NCBI GenBank assembly: GCA_002633005.1
Contig: NMRA01000399.1
Span: 355,611 to 419,610, forward strand
Direction: 5' to 3'
Length of the DNA stretch: 64,000 nt
Source of the DNA: Phoronis australis
Lineage: Eukaryota > Animalia > Phoronida
Shown here: positions 12,813 to 26,707 of the stretch, piece after piece
Layout of the letters: each line of letters begins with the position of its first letter
Position numbering within the stretch: position 1 is the first letter of the stretch
Notes under the pieces: generated by a model
Told to the model about the DNA's origin: nothing
The model's database searches: none
Seen by the model: only the letters and a program-made list of their open reading frames with translations
Program-made: the position numbers and the translations under genes

Positions 12813-13939
12813 CCAGAAATGTCCTCACGTGAGCGAAGAACAGTTGCTTCCAAATCACTCTCGCAGTTTGTGACACTTTGAAATGTTACAAAGTCAAGTT
12901 GTATCTCAAACGTTGTAGCGCTCAGCCATTAACGTCATGCGAACCAAAAGAGTGTAGTCCCCTAATTCTGATTGAAACTGTCAGACATGAATAATATTAC
13001 GACCTGTTGCAACTTTGGGAAACTAGTTTGTGGTAATTTAAATTGTGATAGATATGATGACAGGTTTGGATTCAGGGGCCATGTTTTACAATACAACTGT
13101 GACAGTTTGGTGTTTTTGCGACAAGTTGTTCTTTTGGGTAGTCAATATATGAATTCCGATTCAAAAAAGAAACTTAACGAGTTGAACAGTTTGGATTTGT
13201 AATAAATTTAATTGTAAACGGCGTGTTGTCTATTTCTGATTGCGCTCGTAGTTTTCGCAATGTTTTTCATTGACCTTGGCATCTGCATCAAGTGAAGATT
13301 GAGATTTTAATTCTTATCTGCCTTGTATAAGACATTTGAAGTCAACCTACAAACAAAGCAGACTACTACCACGGTTGCCCCAGTAGGCCCTAAAAAACTC
13401 CCGAAACACTTTCGGCAAGAAATGTTCGTTAAAAGAGCGAAATCAGTGAAGTCTATCATCAGTCCAATCTCACCGACCAATCAAATATGAGCGGCCGCCA
13501 TTTTGTTAAGGTATGCTAAGGTCACGAGCATACTCGCGAAGCAATCACTTTTCGCATTCATGATCGTGCCTTTTGGTTAGATTCTTAGGTGTTCGTGTGA
13601 ATTTAAAAGCTGCCCCATCTTCCCAGTGAAATTAAGCCATGATCTCTCAAGAGCTCCCCCCCCCCAGTGCCTGCATGGGGGAAATCAATTAAAATTAGCC
13701 ATGGGCATGTGTTATTGCCTCCGCCACCTGTTGTATGGGAATGAGCTTAGCATGCCTCGTTTAAATTTATTGCTCTCGTGCCTAGAAGGGTTTGAACTTC
13801 AAACAAAGGTTCAATTGTTATCCACTTGTCGCAGTGAACGCAGTATAAGCTCCGGAAAGATCAATTTTCAATCAACCTAAATTTAGTATTCATCCTCTAG
13901 CTCCATCCGAACCATACTGACACTAACATTGACATTCCA

Positions 13940-14200
13940 TAGCAATAATCTAATGCTCGGAAAACATTAAATCTGGAGGAAATACCATATTGTCTACTTA
14001 ACATACAAAATTACCAACGGGACTGCGCCATTTTACTTAATCAGAACTTCCCATGTTTCAAACACTTTATTTTACAATAGTTACCCAAACAGGCAACGCT
14101 GTGTCACAACCCCTGCTCATTTGAATCATCATCTAGCAGCAATACCACATTTGAGACCATTGATTAAACAGCTCAAAGAAATAAGGCTCTGACACAAACC
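13940..14200 (+). mobile_element. Degraded LINE 3' fragment
   Basis: Translation LTYKITNGTAPFYL resembles the C-terminal YK..NG.AP.YL motif of L2/CR1-group ORF2. Confidence 0.35.
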
Positions 14201-16166
14201 TGCCTAAGATTCTATGTTCCAAAATTACTTAACAACAATAAATATCCTTTAACTGTTTTAGAAAAAGTAAAACGCACCGATTTCAAGGTTTCTCTCAATT
14301 AACTACTTAAAATGGAAGGTATATTGAAACAGAATGCTCATTCTACCAAAATAGTAAATATTAGAAGCAAAATGTTAACAAATATTAACCAGTCACAGCC
14401 CGCTGTTGTCAACCGCAGTGACACCTCAGCGACGATACCTTCGGAGGCAACGAAGTTAGGCATTCTCTATCTACTAAGGCGTCTACGCTTCACTGTTAAA
14501 TCCGGAGTAAACTCGTTTTGTTATTTTGACACAGTGTGCTTATGAAATGAGACAAAAATGTTGGTACCACTACATGTACGAAGCAATGGATGTATTGTAG
14601 TTGCCAGTAGCTATTAAAACCGGGCATTTTTGTGTGTGTAGATGACTATGTTTTGTCGCAATGGATACATTGTGTGTACGTGGTTGACAGTTTGCCAATC
14701 AACTCACTTTATGCCTGGTACATCGTAAGATACATGTAGCAGTGCTCCTCTCTTGGCCCTTTCTCAGTCGTAGTCCACTGATTATTGGAGCAGAAGTATC
14801 ATACACAGCTAACGAAGTGGTTGACAACAACATTCGAAAATTCCACCACGTGATCACATGGCCCTTTGATAATTGGCCAGCTCATTGTCTATTGATCATG
14901 TTGCTAGTGACTACAATGTGAGACAGCTATTGGTTGTGGGATGACAAACAACTTGTATCTTTGTTTTATGATTTAACCACCAGATGGGGCAGCTATTGGT
15001 TGTTGGATGGCAACAAACCGTAAGGGGGGCAGAACAGTTCTCACAGGGGTTTGCCTAAAAGAACACATGTCAATGGAGTCGTCACCCTTTCTTCAACTGC
15101 GTGCAAAGAACAACAAGTTTTGAGTCATTTCACATCACAAGCTCTCCAGATGAGCACAGACACTCTATTCTCCGGCTCTTGTGTTTTGACCATGAGGTTT
15201 CACTCCTACCGAAGAGCAAGGTAGACTAAGAAAAAGGAACAAAAAAGAAACTGTCAACCAACTAGCAAATCTGGCTTGTTTGAGGGCTACCTGAAACCGA
15301 AGCCATATTTCAGTATCACTCGCTACCCAGCAATGCACAATTGCAACAGAGGGCCGCCATCTTGAAAGAGAGTACAGCTAAAGCCGAGCAAGTGGTCTTT
15401 TTTCATTCTCATCATGTTCACCAGTACGTCAAGCAAACCACATTCACTTGGCCGACATACAATAGCTAGCTAAAAATGCACCCAAGCCTGGCCTTCCCCT
15501 AGATTTTAATATTTTAAACTACAGATTGGCCGCGGCCGCAGCATAACTGTTCAGTGTCACCTAACTCCCAACTAAGCCGATCCAAACTCCACCCCATGGC
15601 CCTTTATTTAGTGAAGCAGGGATCACGTGACTGTGTGTGTACCTAACCAGTTGGGTGACATTCAATATGTAAGATTCTGACATGTATGCATCTTGCTATT
15701 TTATTTCAAATATTATCAAATAAGAATGTTCACCTTGACCTTCTAAAAAGTGTGTCAATTTCAAGATCGCAATTGCCTCGTTGAACAGTTTTCATGTTAT
15801 ACTGATGGGATGTTTGTTATTGTATTTTATATCTACATTTGTGTTTCCCGATTCTCATATTTAATATGATGTCATTGTGAAGTATGATGTCGTGCGCTCT
15901 TATTTAAAGACATAATGACAAAAACTCAAGCCAAAAAGTTTCAAAAGAAGAATCTGAAATAAAAATAATATTCAAATAATAAATTAGTCAGTGCTGTAAA
16001 ACAACGACTCCTTTGCTGCAGACAGACCAACTGCGCCGTGCCGCTTTACCGGGTGATATTGGGACGTACTACGCTATGTTCTGGGATAAGCAAAATGGAT
16101 TGGTACACGCGAAACAGGCCAGAAATAAATAGATTGAAGTCATGATAATCTTAAAGACCTATATTA

Positions 16167-16243
16167 CACGGGCGGTGCAGCACTTAAAAAAGTGGGTGGG
16201 GCTATAGCCCCCGCTCCCCCACCCCCCTATGGTGCGCCACCTA
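16167..16243. mobile_element. Short MITE of the same family as 10463-10604 (opposite orientation)
   Basis: gtggggctatagcccc and ccccctatggtgcgcc match the reverse complement of 10468-10524. Confidence 0.6.
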
Positions 16244-16654
16244 ACATGTGAGTCCAAACACTAATTCATGAGTCTCACTGTAGATTTAATGGCCTATCGA
16301 TAATCGGTTTGCTTTTAAACAAGCCCCGAACCACTGTTTTCTTTAAAACGTGCTATGCGTTATGAATACCTCCGAATATACGTGTAATCGATATAAGTTC
16401 TAGCTCTTCAACGACAAGTCATTGCAGTGTTTACATACGATTAAGATCGTTATTTGTGAGTTTTTATAACGGTAATTAGCAGCCAGCTCGGTGTTATGTA
16501 CAACTCTTAATTTACATTTCACCGAGGGTTACTCTTGAATTGTTGGCCTTACATTTAGAAACAAATAGCCACGCATACCATGCTAAATAGTAAGCACTTT
16601 TTGTCGCGTTAGCGAATACTAATTGATAATTATTTTATCTTTGTGATATTCACC

Positions 16655-16963
16655 AGTCATCATCGCCCTCATCAATATCTTAACCATCATTACCATTATT
16701 ATCAAAATACTATCCTCAATATCAACGTCATCATTATCACAGTCATCGTCCTGATACTCATCCACGCCTTTCAACACTATCATCTTGTGACTAACTTCAT
16801 AATCACCTTCACCATCATTCCCATCATTCTCATCACCATCATCACCGTGATCATTATCACCGTCATCACTATCACTGTCACCAACACTATTATAATCATC
16901 ACCATCACCACCACCACCACCATAATCACCATCATCATCATCACCATTACCATCATCACCATC

Positions 16964-17009
<46 letters not shown>

Positions 17010-17029
17010 CCATCATCATCACCATCATC

Positions 17030-17060
<31 letters not shown>

Positions 17061-17770
17061 GATGNNNNNNNNNNNNNNNNNNNNNNNNNNNNNNNNNNNN
17101 NNNNNNNNNNNNNNNNNNNNNNNNNNNNNNNNNNNNNNNNNNNNNNNNNNNNNNNNNNNNNNNNNNNNNNNNNNNNNNNNNNNNNNNNNNNNNNNNNNNN
17201 NNNNNNNNNNNNNNNNNNNNNNNNNNNNNNNNNNNNNNNNNNNNNNNNNNNNNNNNNNNNNNNNNNNNNNNNNNNNNNNNNNNNNNNNNNNNNNNNNNNN
17301 NNNNNNNNNNNNNNNNNNNNNNNNNNNNNNNNNNNNNNNNNNNNNNNNNNNNNNNNNNNNNNNNNNNNNNNNNNNNNNNNNNNNNNNNNNNNNNNNNNNN
17401 NNNNNNNNNNNNNNNNNNNNNNNNNNNNNNNNNNNNNNNNNNNNNNNNNNNNNNNNNNNNNNNNNNNNNNNNNNNNNNNNNNNNNNNNNNNNNNNNNNNN
17501 NNNNNNNNNNNNNNNNNNNNNNNNNNNNNNNNNNNNNNNNNNNNNNNNNNNNNNNNNNNNNNNNNNNNNNNNNNNNCATCATCCCCACGTCCGTCATCAC
17601 CATCATCCCCACGTCCGTCATCACCATCATCCCCACGTCCGTCATCACCATCATCCCCACGTCCGTCATCCTCATAATCATCATCATCTCCACGTCCGTC
17701 ATCCTCATAATCATCATCATTCCCACGTACTTCATCATCACCATCACCATCATCCCCAACCTCATCATAA
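16655..17770. repeat. (CAT/CAC)n microsatellite and 24-bp derivative, spanning N-gap 17065-17576
   Basis: Long ATC/ACC triplet runs; catcatccccacgtccgtcatcac units right of the gap. Confidence 0.95.
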
Positions 17771-19079
17771 GCACTCTTATGGTATTCTATTATTATTCAA
17801 ATCCCATCTGAAGGAAGAATGTTTTAATTGACCGCTTTCCAGTAAAGACCAAACAGAAAGTGAAAACTTGGTTGACTTTTTTCAAATTCATGTCCAGAAC
17901 CTCGTTTCTAAAAGATGAAATTAAATCTTTGTTGGAATGAAACTTGCATGTGTTCTCTGTGAGCAATACGTAGGCAGCAATATTAGCACTGTGTCCTTGA
18001 ATTTAGAGATTTATATCATTCGAATCTAGTATTTAGCCCAAAATTACATAAACTGGTGTGTGTGACTTCTGAACCAGACAATATTGTGCCCAGGTTACCT
18101 TAACACTCCTTAATCACGTGACTCACGCGCCCTTTTTGAGTAACCCCCGGAGATTTATTGATATCACGTGTCTATTTCCTCTCTATTTCCGACAGCAATT
18201 CTAAAGAACCAAAGGGCCAGTTAAGAGTTCAGTGTGTTGCTGAGCAGACAATTGTCCACGAATCACGTCAGTCTGGGCATTGACAGCCTAATTTTACTGT
18301 TAAAATTTGAAAGCATTGCGTCCGTTGCCACTGGTGGCTAATCCTTTCTTAAGGGCGTCTCTGTTACTTGAAGTCAACGGAGCAACGACAAAATGGGTAA
18401 GTTAGACAATAAATACGATTTTCAAAAAGAAATGGGTGGCGTCCTAAGTCAAGACAACTTTAAGCCAAATAAAATCTTGTAATTTTGTAACTTTGAAATT
18501 TCAATGCGTTTCGTTCCATTAAAAGTGCCTGTAAACAATAACTGTAAACAGTTGCGTTATGCCGTCCACCGTCTCTACTTGACATTTACGGTAAAGTATT
18601 ATCATTGTCGAACAGAAGTAATTGCCAGACATGTGCTTTTTAATTTTCAAACGCTTTAGTCCAACCATCGTTGTCAATGTGCTTTGTTTTCAAAATATTG
18701 TCCGTTGCTATTTATAGTACAAAATTTTAATGTACTTTTCTCTTACTATGTATCATGTGTGAAAAAGTAAGAAACTCGATTCTTTTTGTCCTAAACTGAT
18801 GTTACATTACCGTGGGATAATGTCTTGTCTTGAAACAAATTAAAATTGTCTTGTCGTTGCTGGTCTGTTTACGTATCAAAACAGTACTGCACTGTCAGTT
18901 TGTTTCACTTGTTACCTTAGGTGGGGAAAAGGTTGTCATCAGTTTTATGTAATCGAGTTAGTTGTTTTGACAGAACGTGGTTTTTTATAAGGGCTTTAAC
19001 TGTCCGATATCGGCTGTATGATTTGGATTGTGACTAAATATTGATGATTTATTTCGGTGGTAATGCAATCGGGACAACT

Positions 19080-19510
19080 TGGAAGTAATTCGGAAAGCTA
19101 CTTGAAAAGTGTCACATTCAGCTTCCCAATTATCTCTCGTACGAACGTGTTATTCTTGGACTTTATGAGACGCACGATTTTCTATTTAACATTTTGCTTC
19201 TAATAGCCAAACAGTACATTTACAAGGAGACATGTCACAAAAATATACCTAATTTTCACAAGTTTGTTACATATACTTATGAGTATTATAATGCTGAAAA
19301 TTTATTTCGTATAAAAACTTTGTGTGTGACAGCTTCTCCGCGAAATGGGAAAATTTCATTGTTCACATTAACTCCATGTAGAAGTTGTTTACTTTATACG
19401 AGATACGAGAGTGGTCTTTCCTGAGGTGCGCAAGCGTGAATGAATGGATGTATTCATTTGTTTGTTTGTTTTTGTACTTGTTTATAAATGATAATAAATA
19501 CACGAAAAAA
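19080..19510 (+). mobile_element. 3' fragment of an L1/Tx1-like LINE
   Basis: FNILLLIAKQYIYK motif typical of the L1/Tx1 ORF2 C-terminus, followed by AATAAA and an A-rich tail near 19494-19511. Confidence 0.5.
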
Positions 19511-22400
19511 ATATATTTATTTTAGCAGTCGCAACGTTTCGCTCGTGTCAAAATCTAAGGTATGCGAATGAAACAATAAAAACTGCGTTTTATGATTTCG
19601 GTTGACAAAGGTAAGGCAACAAATGCGGTTCTCATTAAATTTTTACAAGAAGGTGGCCTAACCGCAGTAACATGTGTTATTTTTATATTAGTTTATAAAC
19701 TTTCAATGATATAATAGAAATTACCCAAAAGGCGAATCATTGCATTTGCCTACTGGATCAGGATTGGCTGGTTCCGTTGTTTCTCCTATCCAATGAGAAT
19801 TCTTAATTATTGCTTTAATGCGACATTTTCCTCTTTGTGACATTATTTTGCTTTTTATCTTCCTGTAAACATTTTTCTCTTTAATTTAAGATAAACGTCA
19901 ACCTTCGTGAAATCCTCTCACGTTGCATCAAATGATGAATCCTCGATCGATGACAAAAAGTCATGCTATGAAACGCACCACGGCCGTTTATAAACACATT
20001 ACCCGACGCCGTTTTTTTGAGAAAGTTATCATTTTTATTTGAAAACAAACTAATAAAAAGCTTTTTGTTTAAAAACTGATGGCGAATTCGTGTTTGAACT
20101 ATATGTTCTTACTGTCAATACGCAGAGAAGCTTGTCTCAGATTTTTTGTTTTTCAATTCCTTCAAACAACAAATATATCAACCATCAAAGCCACTTTCTA
20201 AAATAACAGTATTTACGTGACTAAATAAACAGTTGCCGTTTTTTTATCTGCTGTCAATCGCGTTTCTAGATGTACCACCAAAACGCGTTATTTGAATATA
20301 CTTAACTATTGATGTAGACGCAATCGCGCAGAATCACGTCGACATGTCAATATTTGAACTTTTTGTGCAATTATTTGATTAGAACTTAAGCAAAGGAAAT
20401 AATAGGAAAACTTATTGTATTTTTTCACTGCTCAGAAATTATGAAAGACACATTTAGCTAAATTTGACCAACCTTGGCTAACGTGTCACTTTTCAAAATT
20501 TAACCCCTCCTCCTTAGCAATCGCCGATGTGGAAGTTTGGGTAATATTGATCGAGTTTAAGAACTATTTGTCAATATTGGATATTAAATTTGATTTAGTT
20601 TTGCCTGCACTGTTGGTTCGAGTGGAGTCGTTTCAATATTGCATAATATTAGATTCATTAAGAACTAATTAAAAATAACTGAAGTCTGTTCCCTATCGAG
20701 ACAATAATAGCAACTAATTACGACTCTGCTTGTATAACCACGCACGCCATTATACATAACGACCATCAATTTTGCTGCGTGACGTGACTGAAAATCGAAA
20801 CAGAATCCAAATTTCCAATAAATTCTCACCAGTGTTTGGAGAGTGTCATTCTCAACTATAGACTTCCAATAAAACAAAACACCATTTGGGAATAAAGCCA
20901 ATCAAAACAAAACCACCTGCGACATCGTTCATCGTGAACTGGACAGGAAAACAACATAAGTTCCGGCCAATCATTTGTGTCACGATAGGGGGCAGTGTTG
21001 GTCCAGAAACAAAACCTGCTGGTCTCAACCCGCAGTGTTTACGAAGATGGGTCACTGGACTAGTGACCTCTTCCCAAATGTTTCTTAATAATAAATCCGA
21101 ACATGAAATGTCGAGCTTCGGAGAGAGTACTTAGAAGTCCGACTACTTAGTCGTTGGATCACCCTGGTAAAATTAACATACTTGGGCAACCAGAAAAGCG
21201 AGTGTGATCACGTGGTTTCATTTCTGATGCTCGCAGACAAAAACGATCTCTTATGCCGAGATCTCGCGAATTCTTGCATTTTGCGTTTTATTGAATTTCT
21301 TGCGTGTACTGAACGCAGCCCAAATGTATGTATGCTCGGGAGGCGTGTAAATGACCTTTTACTGACGTTAAGGTGACGTAATCGGCGACAATGAAGCAGG
21401 AATAAAAAACTAAACACTGACATTTAAACGAATTTATCTCAGACAATACTCACCACTTGTTCGGATTTTTTTATCAAAATTACGTAGATTTTCTTTCGTG
21501 AATGTGTTTTTTCTTTTGCTTTTATTTTCGCTAAATCTGTGAGGCCAGAATCTCCCGACATCCCCACCTAATGAATCACGTGTCCTTCAGGTAACGCCTT
21601 CACATTTCCAGACACATCTTAGGACACGGTGTCTTACAACACAGTGGTCCAAAAGTATATACGTTACCAGTTACAGTTTTCAGGTTATTGGGTTTTCAAA
21701 GCGAAATTGCCCATTTGTATATTATCATGCCGCCGACTGCCCGAGATCACTTGAAAATTTTGCGGATCAGAGAGGGAGTCAATCAGTTACATAGTCAAAA
21801 GCTAGAACCTTTTCAAAAACAATTTTACGCTTGTGCTTAACATGGGTTGAAACGCAAAAATCTATGAAAATTTTAAGACTTCAACCCTACCCAAAACTAA
21901 CCCCTAGCTTGCGTTGTTTTGGTTGAATACCCGATTGCGTTTTGAATTCATTGTTCGACTATCAACAGAAGTCAACGTTTGGAGACGAGGTGTTGTCAAG
22001 CTTTATAACGTGAAAATGGATAAACTCTTCAGACAAAATATAATGATGTGGATGTCGAACGATTGATTTTTTCTCTTGTCGTTTTTTAGTTAAGTAATCA
22101 ATTTATGTACCAGACAAGCTTTGTTTAAGTACACGAAATCGCCACAGACGGACCTAGCATTGTATTAAGGGTCCAAACTTTTCGCCACACTTCAGACGTT
22201 TTAATGTACGCCGTTGCTAAACTGGAATAATAATAATAAATTCACTACATATCCATGAGTTTGGTTGTTTTTTTACAGATCCTTTAGCACTGGCGAACCA
22301 CGCCCCGGTCTTTGCCAAGTCGTCGCGTGTGACGCCAGTAGCAGAAGATTTTCGTGATACCCCCTTGAGTCATGGACGACTGAATCTCGAATTAGAAGAC

Positions 22401-24302
22401 ATGGAAATGGGCTACACAGATGAGATGGTGAAGATTCCAGACTTCTTCATCCAAAGCAAAGACTCGCAAGAAATGCCACTGGAGCGCTATGGCTTCTGGA
22501 TGCAAGCGTTGACCAAAGGCAATATGGCGGAAATCGATTCCATCCTTAAGAATGCCGATACATTTGAGCAGCAGAAGATGATCTGCGGCAAGTTTGTATT
22601 TCCCAACGAAGAAGTAGTTTACGCAACGTTTGGCCCTTTGATAGCTAAAGAGATGCTGCATTCGTACGTAGACTCGAAGAATTCGACTGGTCAGAGTTTA
22701 GTGTCCACCAACGCGCTGATTACGCTCTTGTCTTATGGTCACATGAACGTTGTTTTTAAATTGATCAAGATGGGCGCAGATGTACACTCCGCCGTTATGT
22801 TCAACTGGAATTTCATTCACGTTCTTTCTGTAATGAGTGTTCAGTCACCAACTAGCCAAGAAGCTGTCCAGATATTTCGGCAGATGAGAGAGTTCATCGT
22901 GGACCACCCGGATCTTGGTATGCCAGCTTTACACAAACTTCTTATGGCTGAAGACGATGTCGGTTTCCGGCCTGTCGAACTGGCAAGTAGAATAGGCGCT
23001 TTGGACATGGCCAACGAAATCTTCAACACCGAAGGAGTGTACAGGTTCACCAAAACCTTAACTGGCTATCACAACGTTGCTTACTACGACATCACGGATT
23101 ATTCGCTGCACGGAAAACGCAACCAATTCAATCCTTTGGCTTTACTTCTGTTGATCTCGTACGAGAGAGTGGCGCAGCTGACAAATTCCTCTCTTTTCTT
23201 AATGACACCTTTGATGATATGGGCGCAGAAATATATCAAATCATATTTGTGGTTCATGAGGTTTTGGATGATGTACAGACTCGCTTATGTCATCTGTTTC
23301 ATGGTCTTCTTTCAAGACTTGCTTGTGGTTACTTTCTTTGGGTTGAAACGAGATGCCATGCACGCGAAGGCGCGAAATCTCAACACGGTTGCCAACGTGT
23401 CGAGTGAAGGATTTGATTTTGGTTGTGATATGAAGAGTTTTACTTCTTTCAGTCCTACCACTTTATTCTTAATCCTTTCACCCTTGCTTGGATTCCGTTT
23501 AATGACGACAATTATTGGACATACCTTTGATATGAGGATGTTCCTTGGGAAACTTCGCAAGGCAATGACGAAAATTTTGGCGGACGAGAAAAATCTGCGC
23601 ACCATTGGTAACTGTGGCTTTTATTTGAAGTGCGACTTTTTGCATGTAATCTGCGCCGGGCTTGTGGCCATTTCTGTTCGAGCCATGGACTTAACTGAAC
23701 CAGGCCAACGCACCTTCGCATTCATCTGCATTGCCGTGACAAGCATCTGCAACGTCTGGTCCTGTTTGTATTTCCTAAGACTTCATTCGATCGTCGGTTA
23801 CTTTGTCGTCACGTTCCAAGAGATGATCGGTAACATGTTTAACTTCTTGATCGTGCAGTTTCTCATAATTCTATCCTTTTCTGTCACTTTCTTTGCCATC
23901 ATCGGAAGCCAGTGCTTGCACACTGGCTTCGACTCCTTTGGACAGTCTTTTTATACAACCTTTATTACCATGCTTAACATGGTCGCGTTCACGAACGAGG
24001 TCGACATCCTGACGCCAGAAGGCATCGTGGTCGTTATTCTACACGTGATCTATGTACTGGTTGTGGCCATTTTACTTCTCAACTTCCTCATTGCTCTCAT
24101 GTCAGACACTGTCAATCAAGTGTCCAAGTACAAAACAATCATCAACAGACTTCACCGGTTGTTTGTCTGTCTTACCATAGCCAACCGACTGGGCTTTTTT
24201 GTAAGCAAGTATAATCTCTTCCAGTCGGAGTATATATTGAAAAACAATAAGGTCTACTTCGCCTCTACTTACAAAGATGCTAAGCTTAGCGTGACAGCAT
24301 AA
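22401..24302 (+). CDS. TRPV-like (TRPV5/6-related) cation channel; single coding exon, 633 aa from first ATG
   Basis: Uninterrupted ORF, open from the acceptor ttttacag at 22278; ankyrin-like segments (GHMNVVFKLIKMGADV, DDVGFRPVELASRIG), YYDITDY linker, hydrophobic TM helices, pore helix FDSFGQSFYTTF and S6 ILLLNFLIALMSDT. True start uncertain (an upstream exon may add residues); AATAAA at 24500. Confidence 0.85.
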   Translation: MEMGYTDEMVKIPDFFIQSKDSQEMPLERYGFWMQALTKGNMAEIDSILKNADTFEQQKMICGKFVFPNEEVVYATFGPLIAKEMLHSYVDSKNSTGQSLVSTNALITLLSYGHMNVVFKLIKMGADVHSAVMFNWNFIHVLSVMSVQSPTSQEAVQIFRQMREFIVDHPDLGMPALHKLLMAEDDVGFRPVELASRIGALDMANEIFNTEGVYRFTKTLTGYHNVAYYDITDYSLHGKRNQFNPLALLLLISYERVAQLTNSSLFLMTPLMIWAQKYIKSYLWFMRFWMMYRLAYVICFMVFFQDLLVVTFFGLKRDAMHAKARNLNTVANVSSEGFDFGCDMKSFTSFSPTTLFLILSPLLGFRLMTTIIGHTFDMRMFLGKLRKAMTKILADEKNLRTIGNCGFYLKCDFLHVICAGLVAISVRAMDLTEPGQRTFAFICIAVTSICNVWSCLYFLRLHSIVGYFVVTFQEMIGNMFNFLIVQFLIILSFSVTFFAIIGSQCLHTGFDSFGQSFYTTFITMLNMVAFTNEVDILTPEGIVVVILHVIYVLVVAILLLNFLIALMSDTVNQVSKYKTIINRLHRLFVCLTIANRLGFFVSKYNLFQSEYILKNNKVYFASTYKDAKLSVTA

Positions 24303-26481
24303 AGGATTCATGAAAACATGTCGTGTGATTTTTCATTTGCAACCATGCTTTCACAATCTGCCTTGATTTTGCGGTCAGTATTTTGGTCGCTGACAACCAT
24401 GGCCACTGTTTTTAAAAAGCATTTTCCAAGTGCCTGGTGTGACGTATGTAGTAGTAGTTATCTCCCGTGGATATATGTACTAACCAATCAGGTTACGATA
24501 ATAAATATAGTCCTACATATCAAACACTTGGTACGCGGTAGTTAGGAACCGCGTGTGTAGAAATTTTATTAGGATTGGGCTGATTTCATAGCGCGCGGAG
24601 AACTTGAAAACTCCTACCTATATTACAGTAGCAGTGGAGTGTTTTTGCGACGAATTTAATAGTTCCTTTACTTTAAAACTTCGCCAGTTAAAGGTTAACA
24701 CCTCTCGTCGGAAGCCAGCTGCCGTCTTTCAAAAAGGCGAAGAACGACGCATCTTTTTCAGAACGACTCTGGTAGGGCTCTGCAAGGGCAACATGTAATC
24801 AGCCAATTGTGCACATAACACATGACTAACACATGTAGGCCTATAGTGCTGTATGCAGTCTAACCGTTTACTAGAAATGTGTATCTCTGGACGTTGTCTT
24901 GTTCGTGCGAGCCTTCTGTTGGGCCGTTTACGTCACTCTTCGTTGTTCCATGTTAAGTACATTCACGTTAAGGGAACAGTTATATACACGCAAAATGTCT
25001 CTCTGAGACATCCTGGTATCCACACTTTTCTGAAAGTTAACTTTTACAAGGGGTGCTTTCTCCTTAAAGTTTCTTACCATGGTGAACTCGTTGTAACACA
25101 ATGGTGAGTGTCGAATTTTTCGATTAATTAATCAGTTGGGTTGTGAAATAGAGCAAATTAACGCTTCTTTACACTGTAATCGGAGCTCATGGGAATTAGT
25201 TGTGACTAAGTAAACCGTTTCTTGCTTGTTTTATTTTACTTTAAAGTTTGTTATACTTGACCCATCGCTGTAGGGCACAACTTAAAAAAATTTAGTGAAA
25301 GCCCAAAAATTTTACTTGCTTATGTAAATAATAAGAAAATTTGCAAAAAAAACAACATTTTATCCCAAGCTCATTTTACATTACGTGAATGGATTTTGAA
25401 ATAGTTAAATTTAGTCACTGATGATGTCGTGAACTTTAAGAAACGTTTCACAACGTATCCATGGAGCCTCTACAATATTGTCGTTACATGTGATACATTT
25501 AATTGTCCCTGTCGTTACATGTGATACATTTAATTGTCCCTGTTGTACGGATATGACTGACGATTCATGTCGTCAGCATATATTTGAATATAGATCATAA
25601 TAGTCAGCATATATTTGAATATAGATCATAATAACATCTTGTGCATATACATCCAGGCGTGCCACTGAACCATGCAGCACCAAATCGGCAGTTACTCGAT
25701 AAACGAATTTCATTAAAAAACAAAATGAAGGGTTCCAGCCCAAAATACCAGCCTTAACAATAGTGCTGCATGGGACTTTAAAATATTGTTTTAATCAAGA
25801 ATGTAGAATTTGTTGGTTGTTGTGGCAACTACGTTAGGATACCTGTGCAACGCTGCTGCCGTATTCGTAAGTTTAATTACCGACTTGCAAACACGCAGAG
25901 CTCACCGATCTCTAACAGCACACAAAATACGGCTTATTGGCCCAAACTAGGCCTACTTCGCAGTCGGACTCCGCACAGACCCTGTTCACTGACTTTACGT
26001 CCGTGTACCGTGTTGGGTGGTCACTGAACCGTGTTGGATGGTCACTAAACCGTGTTGGATGGTCACTGAACCGTATTTGTGAGCGAGTGTTTTTGGGTGC
26101 GTAAGCCGTGTTTTGCGATGTAGTATCGCGTGCGGTGTGCAGTGTGTATATGTGTATGCGTGTTGGTGACCCGTATTTGTAAGTGGAGGAATTACTTTAC
26201 AAATCCGTTCGGCAGCCGCGTTTTTCGGTATCCTGTTGATATTGTTGTGTATTGATTGCCAAATACATGGTACAACGTTTAAATAGGTCAAGATTTTACT
26301 ATTTATAGAAAACTTTATGAAATGTGGTTATCAATTCAATAAAGGGAAGAATGATAAAACCTGCATTTCCGTCTATGTAAACTACAAAAAACATGTATCC
26401 AACTAAACAAGATTTCATTTGTTGCCATAAAAAAACGACCAGGACACTACAAGTCAATAAACGTTTCAGGTTATCACAAGG

Positions 26482-26707
26482 TTGACCAACCTTCCACAGC
26501 GGCAGATCATAGGGTTGGCCAGCCTTCCACAGCGGCAGATCATAGGGTTGGCCAGCCTTCCACATTGGCAGATCATAGGGTTGGCTAGCCTTCCACATTG
26601 GCAGATCATAGGGTTGGCCAGCCTTCCACACTTGCAGATCATATTGTTGGCCAGCCTTCCACACTTGCAGATCATAGGGTTGGCCAGCCTTCCACAGCGG
26701 CAGATCT
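26482..26707. repeat. 39-bp minisatellite, ~6 copies
   Basis: ggttggccagccttccacagcggcagatcatag-type unit; explains the repetitive ORFs here. Confidence 0.9.

Noticed and set aside
16643-17811. Poly-Ile/Met/His ORFs and the CAT-to-GAT strand switch at ~17030
   Set aside because: Microsatellite translation; the apparent inversion abuts an N-gap and is probably an assembly artefact.
21541-21590. Upstream coding exon for the TRPV-like gene (donor cag|gtaacg)
   Set aside because: The frame needed to join the channel ORF contains a TGA, and the local ATG is out of frame; at most a 5'UTR exon.
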